DNA from: Auanema rhodensis
Lineage: Eukaryota; Animalia; Nematoda
Assembly (NCBI GenBank): GCA_964057225.1
Contig: OZ059899.1
Coordinates: 6,510,001-6,574,000, forward strand
Length of the DNA: 64,000 nucleotides
Direction: 5' to 3'
Of this stretch, positions 1 through 14,313 are shown in pieces. Within the stretch, counting starts at the first letter, position 1, and each line of letters opens with the position of its first letter. Position numbers and translations under genes: made by a program. Under the pieces are notes generated by a model. That model did no database searches. It was not told the DNA's origin and saw nothing but the letters and a program-made list of their open reading frames with translations.

Positions 1-1614
1 CGAGCAATTTCAACCTGTAAATCAGTACAAATTAGTAACAATTGTTAAAAAAAAATCCTAAAAATTACGAAAACTAATTAATAAGAGCAACCGAATTTTA
101 AAACAAAGTGTTTAAAATGATTACCAAACAAATAGATATAACTAGGAACAACCCCCATGCTAAGTCTACACTTTGACCATCTACGGGGGGATTCTCTGCG
201 AATGATACAAGTCCTGTAAATATAATATTGTAATTAAAAACAACAGTAAAAAACATACCACGAATGAAACAAGTGGGACCGATAAAACCGAAAATAAGAC
301 AAAAGAAGAAAACACAACAAGCTGCTAGTAGGCGAGTTTTAATAAATCTGTACACCGCCTAAATATGTGAAAATACACATAAGCAATGAGAATTGAAAAG
401 TTGTACCTTAAAAAGCGATGGAGACTCGGGATTACTTTTTACTTCTTCGTCCCATAAAACCTTCATTCGAGCCATGTTTATATTACTGGCGTCAAAAATA
501 CTACAATTCCAAACCTGATCCTTATCAAGTTTACCCTTCAAATTCGAAATACATTTTTGAACAGTTGACTAATGACTTACTCGAAATGCTGAAAGTAGGT
601 ATTCAAATACCCAACTATAAGTTACAAACGAGAAAAGACCAGACTCATCAATTTTTGCTGATCCTTTCAAAACACTAGGAAAGCACATAACTTCATTGCG
701 TTAAATAAATACTAACCTTTTACTCGTTCTAATGGGCTGCATGTTCCGTAATGTAGACGAATACCTACTAAGGTCTTTGCTGGGTCGGCCCGAGGTATAC
801 CGATCAGCTGGATCGGAGCCCATCCTATAAAAATGTTTTATTGTTTTATTATTAAAAAAGAACTCAAAGACTTCACATGTCTGTATAATAAAGAAGCATA
901 GATAAAATTTATAGTAAAAGACAGTAGCAACAAGTGCATACGATATGACTACGAGAGCATAGTGATGAAGATAAAATCTTTTGCTAATGAATTAATGCTA
1001 TAATTTAAGAGGGGTGATAAAGAATGACTATTCTATTAGGAGACACGAATGGGATATAAATCACACTATTGTGCATGATAGGTGATAATTACTTAAAGAT
1101 AATAACTATGACTGCTTGGATATATAATATAGATAAATCGAATTTATTAAAAGTTTAATGTTGCAGGTTGCCAAAACGGTAAGCGATTGAAAGCATAATT
1201 TTTGATCGGTGATTTAAAAAAACAAAAATATCAAGGACAACTCTTAAGCAAGAATCGTAGAGAAGAATTTGACAAAAAAAGTCGATAAGGTATGAAACTA
1301 TCGTGAAGTTCTTATCCATATAAGTACAAGATATTTTCTATCAGGTAAAAATTATCGGAGAACAAATACAGAACCATCAGAGCAGAGCATATGATGAAAT
1401 ATTTTTCAGGAGATAAGAAGTAGTATAAGAACCAGAAAAAAGTTAGATTTTGAACTTATTTAAAATTATAAATAAAATCATCTTTGAAGTGAACTAACAA
1501 GTGAACTCACCTCTGATGTTTTGATGATTTCATATACACGACTCTTGGATAAACATCCTCTTCATCACGTTCACCAGGGTCCAACTGTACCCGTGCTTCA
1601 TCCACACCCTTCAT
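1..1614 (-). CDS. mrp-5: ABCC5/MRP-5 ABC transporter, 5' exons (gene continues beyond the left window edge)
   Basis: Spliced exons: MKGVDEARVQLDPGERDEEDVYPRVVY (ATG 1614, after acceptor ttacag); GSDPADRYTSGRPSKDLSRYSSTLRNMQPIR; KGKLDKDQVWNCSIFDASNINMARMKVLWDEEVKSNPESPSLFK; YRFIKTRLLAACCVFFFCLIFGFIGPTCFIR. This matches the lasso/L0 region and first TM helix of short (TMD0-less) ABCC5-type MRPs. Confidence 0.85.
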
Positions 1615-2638
1615 CCCTGTAACGAAAATGAAGATAGAAAAATAACATAATGGAAGCCATGTAAAAAAAAAGAGAAAAATTATTTTTGAAGGGCAAAGAA
1701 CACTGAAGAAAAGATGGCATGATTGAATAGACTGTAATCTCACTGGTTTACTCTAAACATTAGAAATTAAATAAAAACATTAAATTGGTAATAGCAAAAT
1801 ATATTTTAAAATAGATTGAAGCTTTTCTTAACTATAAAGTATAAAAACAGCCAACTAGTAGTTAATTTCAGTCCTATTGATACAAATGCACTGAAAGACA
1901 TCAATGAACTAATACGAGAAATCAACAGGAAACGTTCGGTTTAACTAATTTTTATAAAGCTCAATAAGAAATACAAATGAAGATAGCAAGTTCATTTCAA
2001 TTACAAAGATTACTTTCATTTGTATGAAAATCAGTTAACAAATTTAATTTAAATTGAGCATAATAAGTAGTTGATCAAGTGTGCAAACATGAAATACTGA
2101 AATATAAGACAAAGTCAAGAGCAAAGACCTATGAACTGAAAAAATCAAAGTAATACAGCATATTTAATCCTCCCGGAAAACCGGCCCGGAAAACATTTAA
2201 AATTAACATGGTCAGAACTATATGAGCATGGCCGCTCGCTGACCGCAACGCGACTGTTATGAAGAGCAATGGTCCATTCAAAAGAAAAAGTTATACTACC
2301 GGTTCACAAATGTATAAGATTCAGCCAACACAAGTATGGCCTACTGGCAGATGAAGCCATAGTTCAGGTTATCGAAGATGAAAGGAAGGAAACAGAATTG
2401 CTTGTTGTAGTGACACAATATCTCACCATACTACTTCATCTATCTTATATTCTCTCTCTTTTCACCCCCTCCCTCTTTCTTTTCTACCCCTCTCTCCCTC
2501 TCTCTGTCTTTCTATGTCTCTTTTCTCTCTTTTTGCTTTCTTTTATTTCAATTTTTACATTGCCTCCCACTTTTCAGTCCTTTTTCTTTTTCTCTATCTG
2601 AATCACAATCTCTTTATCTCTGTATACATCTCAATTAC

Positions 2639-2641
<3 letters not shown>

Positions 2642-2699
<58 letters not shown>
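2642..2699. repeat. (CT)n microsatellite within a pyrimidine-rich tract
   Basis: Perfect CT dinucleotide run. It explains the spurious SLSLSL ORF at 2514-2942. Confidence 0.97.
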
Positions 2700-2707
<8 letters not shown>

Positions 2708-3161
2708 TTCCCTCTCTCTCTATCTATCTCTCTCTTTCTTTTTCTCTCTCTTCAAATATTGCTTCTCCCGTATTCCATCTTTTATATTATTGTTTCGTTT
2801 TCATTATCATAGTCCTATTCATCCTTCTCTAGTTTTTCTCACATTTTCGCAGCCATTGTTGTTTTGCTATTTCGTCTTCTATTATTATTCGGTCAGTTCT
2901 ATTCTGAGAATGTTTCTCTGTTATGTAGCTCAAACCTATTAACTATTGCTAAACGTTGTATAACTAAAACATTATACAACGTACCATAAAGGAAGTTTTC
3001 GTTTCCGAGCTTCCGATTGCAATGTTTCTGATGGTTAGAGGTGAAGACTATCCTATGTAATTCATTGAGAATTTATCCCGTAATCTGTTTGTTATCGAAT
3101 CATTGAACTTTGGGATTTATACGAAAAAAAATTGAAAATAAGTCGTTGTTATTAGATTTAT

Positions 3162-6100
3162 TCATTCAAAGAATATAGAATCATTAACTTGAACAGGTTC
3201 ATTTTGATCTCCTATCTCTTGCAGATATATTCCAAAGGTCATCTGAATAATTGAGATCAGAACTCGTGAATATTTATTTTTACTAACCCGTTCTCTGTTT
3301 CTCATGCTCCTAAGAGCTATTATCATAGCCGGATTTTTTTCTCCTGTCAGCTGATCTACACAAATCATTTCGCATCGACTACATTTCCCTGATACCTAGA
3401 CAACATATATTTCATCTAGTATATGTTTTAAAATTCATTGCACTCACTCGAAACTTTGTATTATTCACTGTGACATATTTCGCTTGATCTTCAATGAATG
3501 GCGGTAAGCCTTTCACTACAATGTTGGGCCGGAATCTCAAAATAGCTTCTTCAAGAGATAATCCTGAAGTTCAACATAGCTGTATCATACGATTATCATT
3601 GTAATACCTATTTCTTCTGCTAACAATAGTACTGACGCTTCATTTACTAAAAGATAAGGTGCTTCGTTGGAGAGACTACGAGAAGAATCTGAACGAATGA
3701 TAAGAAAAAGAAACCTTTTGCAATATTGTACCGTGAGTCACGCGCCTTAGATGACAATCTGTTGCGTTTAAAGCGCTATCAAGCCAATTTCCAACTTCTT
3801 TCCCACAATCTTCAACGGTAATCCTGAAATAGAAAATAGTTAGATGAGGACGGAAACTAACAAAAACGAGGAAATAAAAAGAAATAATTCACTGACGCAT
3901 CAGAGCACACAATATTATTTATAGGTATTATGCCATTCATTTCCAATGGAATATTTACAGAGTTTAGCATATTTTCAGAAGTTAAAACCAATGAATTGTT
4001 CTCCATCTGTATAAAAAATAATTATGTATGTGAAATTGTTATAAACATACTTTTGTTGATAGTTGACAAAGTTGAGGATACTTCTTCTGTGACAATGTTA
4101 TATCATTTGAAATAATCATGAAATTTCTATCATGTAGAATACCCGTGGAGGTAAACTGGGTTCTAAAAACGAGAAGAAGTATATTCAAATTAGGAGTGAT
4201 TAGTTACGTTTCAGTATAAAAGCCTCGACAACTTTTTATCGGATAACAAAATAAACGTGATATAGTTGGATTGAAGCTTGTGATAGGTAGTGGATGCTCT
4301 ATGCTTGAATGCTTTTGGGCTCCCAAGAAGCAAAAATCTATCATTTGCTCAAGAACTTCTATGTCCTAATTGTATTTATAATGAAATGTTTCTTTTATCG
4401 TAAAATACCTTAGATTTAGACGAACGTCCAAATGAAATTCGAACCGCTCCTGTCGGTTTTCCTTCTAATATATCAACCTGATCCCCACATTCTTTTCCCG
4501 ACTAAAAAAATAAAAAATGTAAGTAGAATATATGTATAATTCAAAAGTTCGCTCTCTTTACCTCCATATGAGAAATTAATTCGTTTGTTGATAATCCCAG
4601 AAATTTTTGACAAGCTCCTATGTTACAAAAACATCCGGTTCTTAGTTCAATTCCAAATAAGTCAGCCATTTTAGAAACCTACAATTAGTTTTATAATACA
4701 TAACAATTTGCGTTGAAGCGAAAAACATAATGACTAGTAGGAATCTGCTTAGAACAAAAAGTGCATCACTATAACATATAAAGATTTACAAATAACCTCA
4801 GAATAGCCGATAAATTCTCCTTTTTCGTTCAGTAGATTGAATGAAATGATAGGACCCTGATTGCTAAAATTATCCTAAAATGAAATATATAAGTTGCTGA
4901 TTACAAGCGCTAAACAAACATGATTTTCCAAATAGAGTTCAACAGCTTTTTGCCCATTCCAATGAAATTTACTCTTAAGCATAGATATTGCTTCTCTAGT
5001 TAAAGAAGCCGTTAATTTCTCAATTTCTGATATACCTCCTAATGATAAAATGTTTTAAAGTAATGAACATACTCTTGTGTTACCGTGCTTTTCTATGTCA
5101 TCAAATCCCTTTTGAAGTGCAGCTATTCCATAGAAGTTTTGAGTACCATCCTCAAATCTTAAAAAATAATTGAATAATTAAAGCTTTTTTAAACGTACTT
5201 CTCTTCGATCTTAGATCGTTGAACGATAAAAAATGTTTCTGGTGCTAAAGAAGCCACTGTTCCACCAGAAAAATAATGTTTGTGTAGATATTGCGCTGAG
5301 TCTAAATTGATATTTCTTTAGATATTGTGTTGAATTCAATCTGCATTGACCAATAAACAATATCTCACCTTTTTTTACTAGAAGTGCTCCTAATCCTGAT
5401 GGATATCCAAACATTTTATAAAATGAAACAACCAAAAAATCAGGTTGAATATCAGATAAGTCCAATTTTGAGCAGCTTACTAAAGCAGCAGCATCTAGTA
5501 AGACAGACCAGCCTATCATCAAAACCATTATATATATACATATATATATTTAATCACACCTTTTGCTTGAAGGGTTCTTACAATTTCCAAGTTATATTTA
5601 TGCCCAGAGAAATTGCTCATGGCTGTTACAGCGAATAAAGAGTTTGATGATATTTGAGGGATGTCTTCAGGAACATCTCGTAAGCATACTATTGTATCTA
5701 CCTAAAACATATGATTTGATGTTCAGTTAACAACCTAAACTAACTTTATCTCGCACTAGCTCTCGTAATCCAACAATTGAATTATGAGAATCCATCAGGT
5801 AACCAAAAGAGGCTCCTATGTAACAAAGTATTATATATGTAAATATGATCTTTTCAAGATTTACCACTGTAAAAACATTTTGCCATTTGACTGCTAGTGT
5901 TTTGCTTCGGGCCGAAGTTAAATGATTCAGCTACTATTTTTAAGCTATGAGTTGCATTATGAGTAAAAATCACAGCATATTCATCGGAGTTAGTTGAAAA
6001 AAAATTGAGGACTCTGAAGAAAGGACAATCTAGCACGTGTATAAACAATATTCATAGAATTTTTTGAAAAACAACATACCTTTGCCGCGAATTATTAATA

Positions 6101-6234
6101 ATATTGTTTGTAATTCTGCTAGTAGCGTGATGTGAATGCGGATTCGAAAACGAAACAGTTTCAAGTAACTTACATATCTCTACTATTTGTTCCTTAGAAG
6201 GAAGGGTAGCTCCAGCGTGATCCAAATAGGGCAT
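3162..6234 (-). CDS. mocs-1: Molybdenum cofactor sulfurase (NifS-like domain + MOSC domain), multi-exon
   Basis: [12 protein letters not shown]...SNPHSH; [18 protein letters not shown]; VLLDAAA; PLP-lysine motif [18 protein letters not shown]; [12 protein letters not shown]; [11 protein letters not shown]; MOSC motifs FRPNIVV and [14 protein letters not shown]. Stop at 3162. Confidence 0.95.
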
Positions 6235-6975
6235 GTCAAATGATAAATAACTGTTTTGGCACACCAGTTCAGTTTAATAACTTATTAAAGAATATATGAT
6301 TCTCAATTCAAGGTAGTCTTGTAGCCGCAGAAAAGCTATCTTATCAGCTTTGATAACAAACTACAGTAAGGATGACCCCACAGCCATCAAAGAATCATGC
6401 CTCTAGAATCCTTTCGTTGAAGGCAATAACAAATATTTTACAGGAGAGTGTTGTAATTTCTCCTGACTTCAGTTATTCTGCCGAAGAAAAATGTAGAAGA
6501 CAATATGTCTATTTAATACCGGTTGTGTATCTATTTCTAATGATTGTTATACCTACTTTCCGTTCTTGTTAGTTAATTATTGATTAGAACTGATATTTAT
6601 AATTGTTGAAAAATCAAGTAAGATTATTATGGAAATATGATATATCTATAATAAGAATATTCTGAAAACAGGAAACAGGCACTCCAGTGTACAGCATGAA
6701 AAATTGCATTGCTGAAAACGATTTATTACTATGCTTAGTTATTGCAATGTGATAATAATAATTTTTGCTCCAATGTTGCACATACATTATACAGTAATAC
6801 TATTTTTGATACTTCCATATAATTATTAGTATATAATATATAATACTAAAATGAACCCGAAAACATTGGTATTATAATTTTTTGGTCCTATCACGATTTA
6901 AACATTCAAATCTGTTCGTGTTATTGGAATATAACTTGAAGTATTTAATTTCTTTAAGCTTCAACGTTTTATGAT
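6235..6975. promoter_or_regulatory. Divergent (bidirectional) promoter region between the sulfurase and TAF1B genes, with clustered TGATAA/TTATCA GATA sites
   Basis: Head-to-head ATGs at 6234 (-) and 6976 (+). TGATAA motifs occur at ~6241, ~6341 (reverse), ~6351 and ~6749. Confidence 0.5.
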
Positions 6976-9900
6976 ATGGATTTGTCTTGTACAATATGCC
7001 AGTCAAAAAAGAATGAAATTCGAGATGGTCTTCTTTATTGTTTAACATGTAATTCCCAAATTACTGTGAGTTATTGAGATAGAAAATCAGCTCCACGGAC
7101 TAGCTTTATAGACATTCTTAGAGTATGAAGTAGATGATAGCTCCATCGCTGCTACAGGTCGATTTAAAGTGAGACAGAAAGTAATTAGAAATGTCGAGCA
7201 ATTAGGTATTGATGATACTGAATTACAAACGACTGGGGTACAGAAAATCAAAAAAAGAAAGGTACTTGTAAACTTAAAGTTCTTCAATCTTATCGTTTTT
7301 CATTCAGGGTTTCCGAGGAGAAATTGAAATTAGCAAAGAATTTGAAAGTAAAAGCAAAACTGTTTCTCGACTAAAGTGAGTATGTTGTAAATGTGTCCAG
7401 AATTAAATTTCATATTAAAGAAAAACAAATTTACATTCGAAATCTGAAGTAGCTGAGCATCTAGCTAATATTGGAAGGAGATTGCTCACTGTTACCAAAA
7501 TTATAGTGAAAATAACTCGAACTTTAGTAGATGAGTATAATTTTCCAGCTGAACTACCTGTAAACTTTAAATTATGATATATATTTACGTAATTATTCAG
7601 GAGACCTGTCTAACGTATTGGCAGTTGTATCTACAACATTGCAAAATAGCTTTCCATGATGAAGAGTACGAATGTGAATTAGATAATATGTACCGAGCCT
7701 TGATTGAAAGAAAAATCAGGTACCCGAAAAATCAGGTGTCTTTTTTTTAATATATAGGGATGATTTTTAGTGAAGGAGAACAAAAACGCACTAAACGTGA
7801 GAGAGACAAACGCAAACAAGAAAGAGGTACTGCTAAATTTTATTCAATTCCTTCAGCATTTATTTCTAGCTAAAACGGCTTTCAACAAAAGTTCCAATCC
7901 GCTAGCACTCTTATTAAGTACGAACATTGATGAAAATCTTGGAATGTCATCTGATGAAGAAAATACTGATGATATGAAGAAAATAAAAAAGGTAATATTT
8001 AATTGAGATACTAACTTATGTGAACTATTTAGCCTGCAGCTGAACAATACACTATCGATGTTCTTCCAACTTTTATCAATGAAGAGGCATTTCGACATGT
8101 TAGTTCATACTATTCTAGTATAGTATTTGTGCTATTATCTTCAGATTGACTCAGTCTATCTACAGATGGATTTTATTATAGCAATGGTTCATGCTTCTTT
8201 ACTTTCTGTCGGATGTCATTGGGTTATGTTGTCAGATATTGTGAGGTAGTTTCTTCTCTATCACTAATATATTAAATTTTCGCATAGATGGATGAATGAA
8301 GATAGATTCTTTATTGGAAAATCCGAACTTGCTTCAACAGGAAGAATGAACAAGAAAAGAGCTATGGTCCAAACTTCAATTCTCGGGGTTTTTCTTGTTT
8401 AGATCAGCTATTTAATTTGTAATTTGATAGGGCATGCCACTTTACGAATACACCCGAATGTCGTTATGGTTCTGGCAATCAATTGCTCCTCCTGTTCCTA
8501 ATTTTCGATTAGATATCACTAAGGTTTTGTTCATGTTTTGTTAAATTCCAGTATTCTTGTTTTAGTTGTTTTCGAGGTATCTCTTTGATTTGAATCTTCC
8601 CACGGATTTTATGGAGTGTATAACAGTTCTTTATGATTTATTTCCTCTGAACAACGAAATATCTCAAGAATCTCTACGTTGTCAAGGAGATATATTAGAG
8701 GTTATATTGTGATTTCTTTGCTTAAAAATTTAGAAAATTTTTTAGGGATTCCCTTTATGTCAACTTAAAAAGGATAACAATGTTCAAAATTGTTTCAGAC
8801 GAAATATGAAATCTGCTATCAATGAGTATTCTAAAATTTTAAGTCAATTGACTTTTCTTGTTTTTTCAGCATTTTTTTCTCTCTTGAAACCAAGATTATG
8901 GCATACATTCTTCTTGCTTTAAAACTACGATTTTCTCTTGATGATTCTGAAAATGTTATCAGGATAGTATTATAATTTATTATATTTAAATTTAGGAATA
9001 CGAACCTGGAACCTTCAATATTCCCTCTTACGTATATCAATTGAAGCTAAGATTGCTGCACATGGACGGTCATAATGCAACAGACATTCTTCAACGAAGG
9101 TGTTTTGTTCACATGTACTAATACTGTTTTAATGCTGATTTCAGTGAACCGTTCATAGATCATAAAATTAAACCTGAGTTTGGGCATGGTGGTAATGTTC
9201 GTGTTAGGTAAGTCAAGTATTTTAGTGCAATATCCTATTTTCCATCAGTTCTAAACAAGATGTATATGTATTCAAAAACAAGGGTAGGGATGCCATGTTC
9301 TGGGATTCATGCCCAAGTGTTCAAAATCTTGAACAAGTTTGTTTCTCCTCATATATCTCCTTTTTCATTTTTTTTAGTTTGATATGCTACCTCCTTATCT
9401 CCCACCTGAATTATGCAAAAAACCAGATCGTAGCGAAAGAGGAAACAGAATATTATTCTGTAAGCATACGTAGTGCTTGAAATATTTACTCTTACATTTT
9501 CAGCACCTTTACGGTATCAGACTAATGCTATGAGAGACTACTTAGGAAAAAATAGGACTCCCGAAGAAAAAGATGAAATACGAAAAAGGATTGACGACAC
9601 TTGCTTGAAACTTTTTATGGAAGATTTCGGGGTATTTTATTTAGTTATAACTTTATAAATGTACGCTCGTAAGCTTATAGATGTATGATCTAAACTCTTC
9701 GGGAAATTCCACTTGGAATCGGTGCTTTCCCAATTCTAATGAATTCAAAGTTTGTTAACCATATCATACTTCCTTCGATTAAATTTTGTTTAGCGTTATC
9801 CTCGACCACTTTGGGCTCAAGGATGCATATATACGTACAACACTCGCCACAATAAAAAGTTCAAGTCAAAAATAGATGTGGTATTTGTTTCTGTTTTTTA

Positions 9901-10795
9901 TACAACAATCAAAATTTAATTAGAAATGCTCTAATGGGCCCTGCTCTGTTTTTGTTTCACGTAAAGCATGTTCCGATGCATTTACTGCTGCTTCTCCTTA
10001 CATGAGTAATACATTCAAAACATTATTAAATTCCTTCGCAACACTGATAGGCTCGTTTTGGAAAATATAACAAATTTTAATATTTTCATTTTAAGGAGAA
10101 TTGGATATAGTATTATACTCATGTTATATGATGCTCGAATTGATGGTTGTTGATCACGGCAGGTTGAATTTTTATTGAGTAGCATGTTTTTATAATGAAT
10201 AATACAGATACACTGAAATAGCGAATAATCTTGTAGAAGGAAGTACGATCCCCTTAACGTATGCTTTATTCGAAAATTCTGGAGTCTCTAGAAGCTATAA
10301 CGGAAGAATAAGTGCTTACCATGAAGTAGATTCTGTCAAGGAAATCAAAATGTATAAATTGGGAATAGCTGAAACTTATGGTGCAATTTAATGTTTATTC
10401 AAGATATATAACAACTCTTTTTAGCTGATCCAAGTACTGAAAGTCTTGAAAGCACTGTACATACAGGTTTCTCGGCATCTGATAGCAGCTCCAATAGTAG
10501 TAATGATAAAACGTCTGACGATTCATCATCTGATACTGAAAGTAGTTGTAGTTCTCAGGACATACCTATAAATGTAATTTAGCAAATTTAATTTTAGTAT
10601 TTACTTTATATTCAGACAACCTCACAGACCGTACCTGTTTCTCTCACACCAGATCAAATTATGATGTCGTCACGTCATCAGCGTATGCTATTCAGTGTAA
10701 GTTTTAATTTTTCTAATTGATATTCTGACATTTTTAAGACGAGAGCATATGATTGGGACACAGTTTGGCATATACTAGCTACAAAATATTGGTAA
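6976..10795 (+). CDS. TAF1B: RNA polymerase I TBP-associated factor B (TAF1B/Rrn7 family), multi-exon
   Basis: N-terminal Zn ribbon MDLSCTICQSKKNEIRDGLLYCLTCNSQIT, of the Rrn7/TAF1B CxxC..DG.YCxxC type; later GCHWVMLSDIVRWMNEDRF (cyclin-fold LSD..RW motif). Many short introns. Probable end TRAYDWDTVWHILATKYW*. Confidence 0.8.
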
Positions 10796-11049
10796 TTTTG
10801 AACAGGTGTGTAGGTTTTGTTTTCAATTTTCAAAATATCGGGTGAGAGTTATTCTATTTTTTCGAATACTCTATTTTTGTGATAGTCTTATTTCTTTTGT
10901 TAATGTTTTTTATTTTTTGTAAATGATTTTTATTTTATTTTGTTAGATATTACACATTTTTGATCTCATGTGTTAAGTTTAAGTACATTGCACATTACGA
11001 TTACAATAAACCTTTAAAATTAAATTTAAAGTATGGATTTGACTAATTA

Positions 11050-13950
11050 AAATTTTCTTTTTGCTTAATTGTTGATTAAGACCTTTGAACATCTCGGAGT
11101 TTGTGAAAATTCAGGATGAATGAATAGCTTTTTGAACTTGTTTTAACTAGAATTAAAGAATGCCGTTTGTGATGATTTCACTTCCGAATTTATCTCTTGT
11201 AACGGTAGGTGTATATGCTTGTCAGAGTGAATTTCGTTTTCTCTTGCTTTATTATATCGTTTATTGTGTTTCACTTTTCTCTCTTATTGAACGTTTTCAA
11301 TTCGTTTTTATTAGCCAATTATGTAACATATTCGTTTTTCCCTTCTGTAAATATCTGGTAAGTAGGTTTTGACATTGATAATTAGTGGTGACGTTAGGTT
11401 TTTATCGGCTTCGTTTCGTCTGGTGATACTTCTGTCTTGTTCAAAGAAAAGCTTTCCATATAGTGTATAAAACGCTGTTTCTGAAGTGTCAGTCTGTTTC
11501 TAACGTGAAATTGACGACTGGCACAAGTATATGTGGAGAGAGGACGTCGTCGTTCTGTCTCCTAAACCAGGCTGGTTTTTGTAGGGCAATCTTGGTTGAT
11601 CGTCTTTTCACGCTATTGAATCGATTGACCGATTCAACTTCGTAGACGGCTATTCTTAATCTTGACCACATCATTGTAGGGATTGAATCCGTTTGGTCGT
11701 GTATGTGAATAGGTTGATGTAACCGTAAGCAGTTCCAATAACTTTGTAATTTTTGTTTTTCATTTTTTTTATTATGCGTTGCATGCTACAGTGTAAAATT
11801 CTCCAGTATAAGATTTGCTTGTCAGCTTTATTTTCGTTATGTTTTTCGTTTTAAGTTATGATATAATATCTCTATGTTAATGTAGATTCCGTTCTTCATG
11901 GTCGACATTTTCTCGCAGGTTTCCTACTTTATTAGTTAAGGAACAGCCATTCTGCCTACGAGTTATTCAGTTAATTTTGCCTGAATGACTATCTCTTATC
12001 GAGAGTGTGTCAGTATCTACATTGGCATGAATCATCTGTCATAAATGGCTTGTTGTTTCCTTGCGGCGTTTTGTCACACATGAGTAATGACGAGACTCAC
12101 AGTATTCTGTTAATTACCTGCACACCCGGTGTTCTCGATATGAAAACGTATGGTCTCTAATGTCTTCGTTGCCTTGTTAGAATCTGTTTACCTTTTTATT
12201 CCTGTTCTGGCTTTCTTCAACCTCTGCAAGGCTACAGAGGTGAATGTGCATTACACGCATTACAAGATCTTTGTGATGTTGTCTTGTTGTTGCTGACATC
12301 AAAAAGGAGAAGACACTTGGCGTAAGGCAGCCGTATTGCCGTATGCTGTCACCTTGAGCTTTGTGCCATATCTGTCACTTGGGATTTCGCCATTTCTTCG
12401 CTTTTCTGCGCCCAAGGCTGCTATCTGGTTTAGCTTCTCTCCGCTTGCTGTGTATCCTCTTCTAGAACAGGCCATGTTCTATTTCTCTTTTCAGCCAGCT
12501 TGTACCTAATAGCTGTTGTCTTTATATTTTCCGATTGCCATTTTCACCAATCCCCCCTTGTCACAGCTAATAACCCAGTTCTTGCCAAGTTCGCATATGT
12601 ATCGTTTTTCACACAAAAACAAGTGATTGGCTTTCTTTTATCGAATTTCTCCTGATCTCTATCACCTATTTCATATACGTATTTACGGTATCCTCAAATG
12701 TGATAGGTGTTATCTATGTGAAATTGCGCGATGGCGCTTAGCTCCGTATACGTATCCTGTTTCTAGATTAATGTGTTGTTCCTATCCAGGTCTTTTTTGT
12801 TCTTTTTTTCACCGTCTTTCTGTGTCTAATTTAGAGATTTTCAATTTCTGAAAAAATAACAAAAATTTATATTTATGTTCTATTTTGCCCCATTCGCCTA
12901 CATTGATGTTGTACACTGAGATCAAACGCTTAATGTCTACTGTCGTGTGACAGGGGTCTCGTTTGGTTCTTAATAGAGTTTCCAACTTTAAAGCTGACTC
13001 GTTTATGTCGTCAAGGTGTCTTATTTGGATTACACTGAATAAGATTTGGATTTATCACTACACTGTTGTTCACCTTTTTAATGTTGTTGAGTGATTTCTT
13101 TTCAGAACTTAAGTTTTTACATTTTCTGAAAAGAATATTAGTGAGAAGCTTTATCAGAATAGGTCAAGTCCTGACTATTAAATCATATTCCCACTGTAGA
13201 TTGCATTCTCATGTCATGCCATAATTTCACAAGGCCACAATACCATGTTTTTTGTTGTTTTTCTCCAAGACTGTAAATTTATTACACTCCTCATTTGTCT
13301 TTTTTCTTATTTCATTCATTCACTGTGATCAAAGATCTTGAATACTTTGTATTCGTTTCACCACCTATAAAGGTGGAGGTAATTCATTCAGTTCATTTGT
13401 TTTTACTCGAAGGAACTCTACTTACAAATTACCTTAAAAACTTTCTCCATTCCGCTTTAAGAACTGCAGCATAATTCAAGCTTAAAGAATGAACTATTTG
13501 CTTATTACTTTCTCAAACTGGTTGATAAATCGTAGCATATCTATATCTCTCATTTTTTATCGCATGTTTTCTCACCAGCATAAGCTCTTCACTTGGTTTT
13601 CACTTGGCATCTATGAGATTGAAGGTGTTCGTGAAAGGGATATGAAAATTGAAGATTGTTAATCCGTCCAGTTCTTTTCTGGTTGAACGTTTTTAGCACC
13701 ATTAAGCCACTGCTTCACTCTTCATCCTTTCACATACGGTCTAGCCCCTTCTGTTTTAGTGGATATAATGTCTGAGATATTCCTTTATAGTCTGACTAGC
13801 AGAGTTTCATAAGACTATTGGCCTAAAGTTTTTTGAACCTATTTGATGATATATTGCTCCAAACAATATCTTTATACCTTTCGTTTATTTTATTGACGGA
13901 CTTAATCTACTTTTTTAATCGTGTTTCTTATTAGAACGTTTATTACATCT
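11050..13950 (-). pseudogene. Decayed coding-like sequence, probably a transposon or viral relic
   Basis: Lacks the short-intron texture of the flanking genes, is A-rich on the minus strand, and carries Cys-containing reading-frame fragments broken by stops (e.g. LFLCEKRYICELGKNWVISCDKGGLVKM, ACSRRGYT, YGTKLKVTAYGNT). No RT, integrase or transposase motif was recognised. Boundaries are approximate. Confidence 0.35.
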
Positions 13951-14313
13951 TCTATTTCCTGCTCCTTCTACAAGTTTTGTTATCTATTATCATTGTTATA
14001 AGCAATAAGCCAAACTAGTTCATAAAATGATGGCTAAACGAAGTCGTCGTTCATGATTTTATAGCGCTTAATGACATTTTTGTATTCTCAATATTTCTTG
14101 AATATTTTCCTCACTGCATATTTTCCAAAGATGAACATGTCGTGTTCATTCTAAAGAAATCTCGTAAATTTTCCACTATCCGGTTATCTAATATCGCATT
14201 CTCTTCATTGTAGGCATCTGTGATTTATTGATTAGATAGACCAGAATATCTTATAATCGAACATTTTCACAAAACTTTCAAAAAGACCATTTTCCAGGAG
14301 TTAAGTCAGAAAA

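Noticed and set aside
2269-2942. ORFs of 110 and 142 aa (and similar ORFs at 21328, 34499, 40389, 58628, 60068, 60102)
   Set aside because: They are read-throughs of CT-rich or microsatellite tracts, with SLSL/F-rich composition and no splice context.
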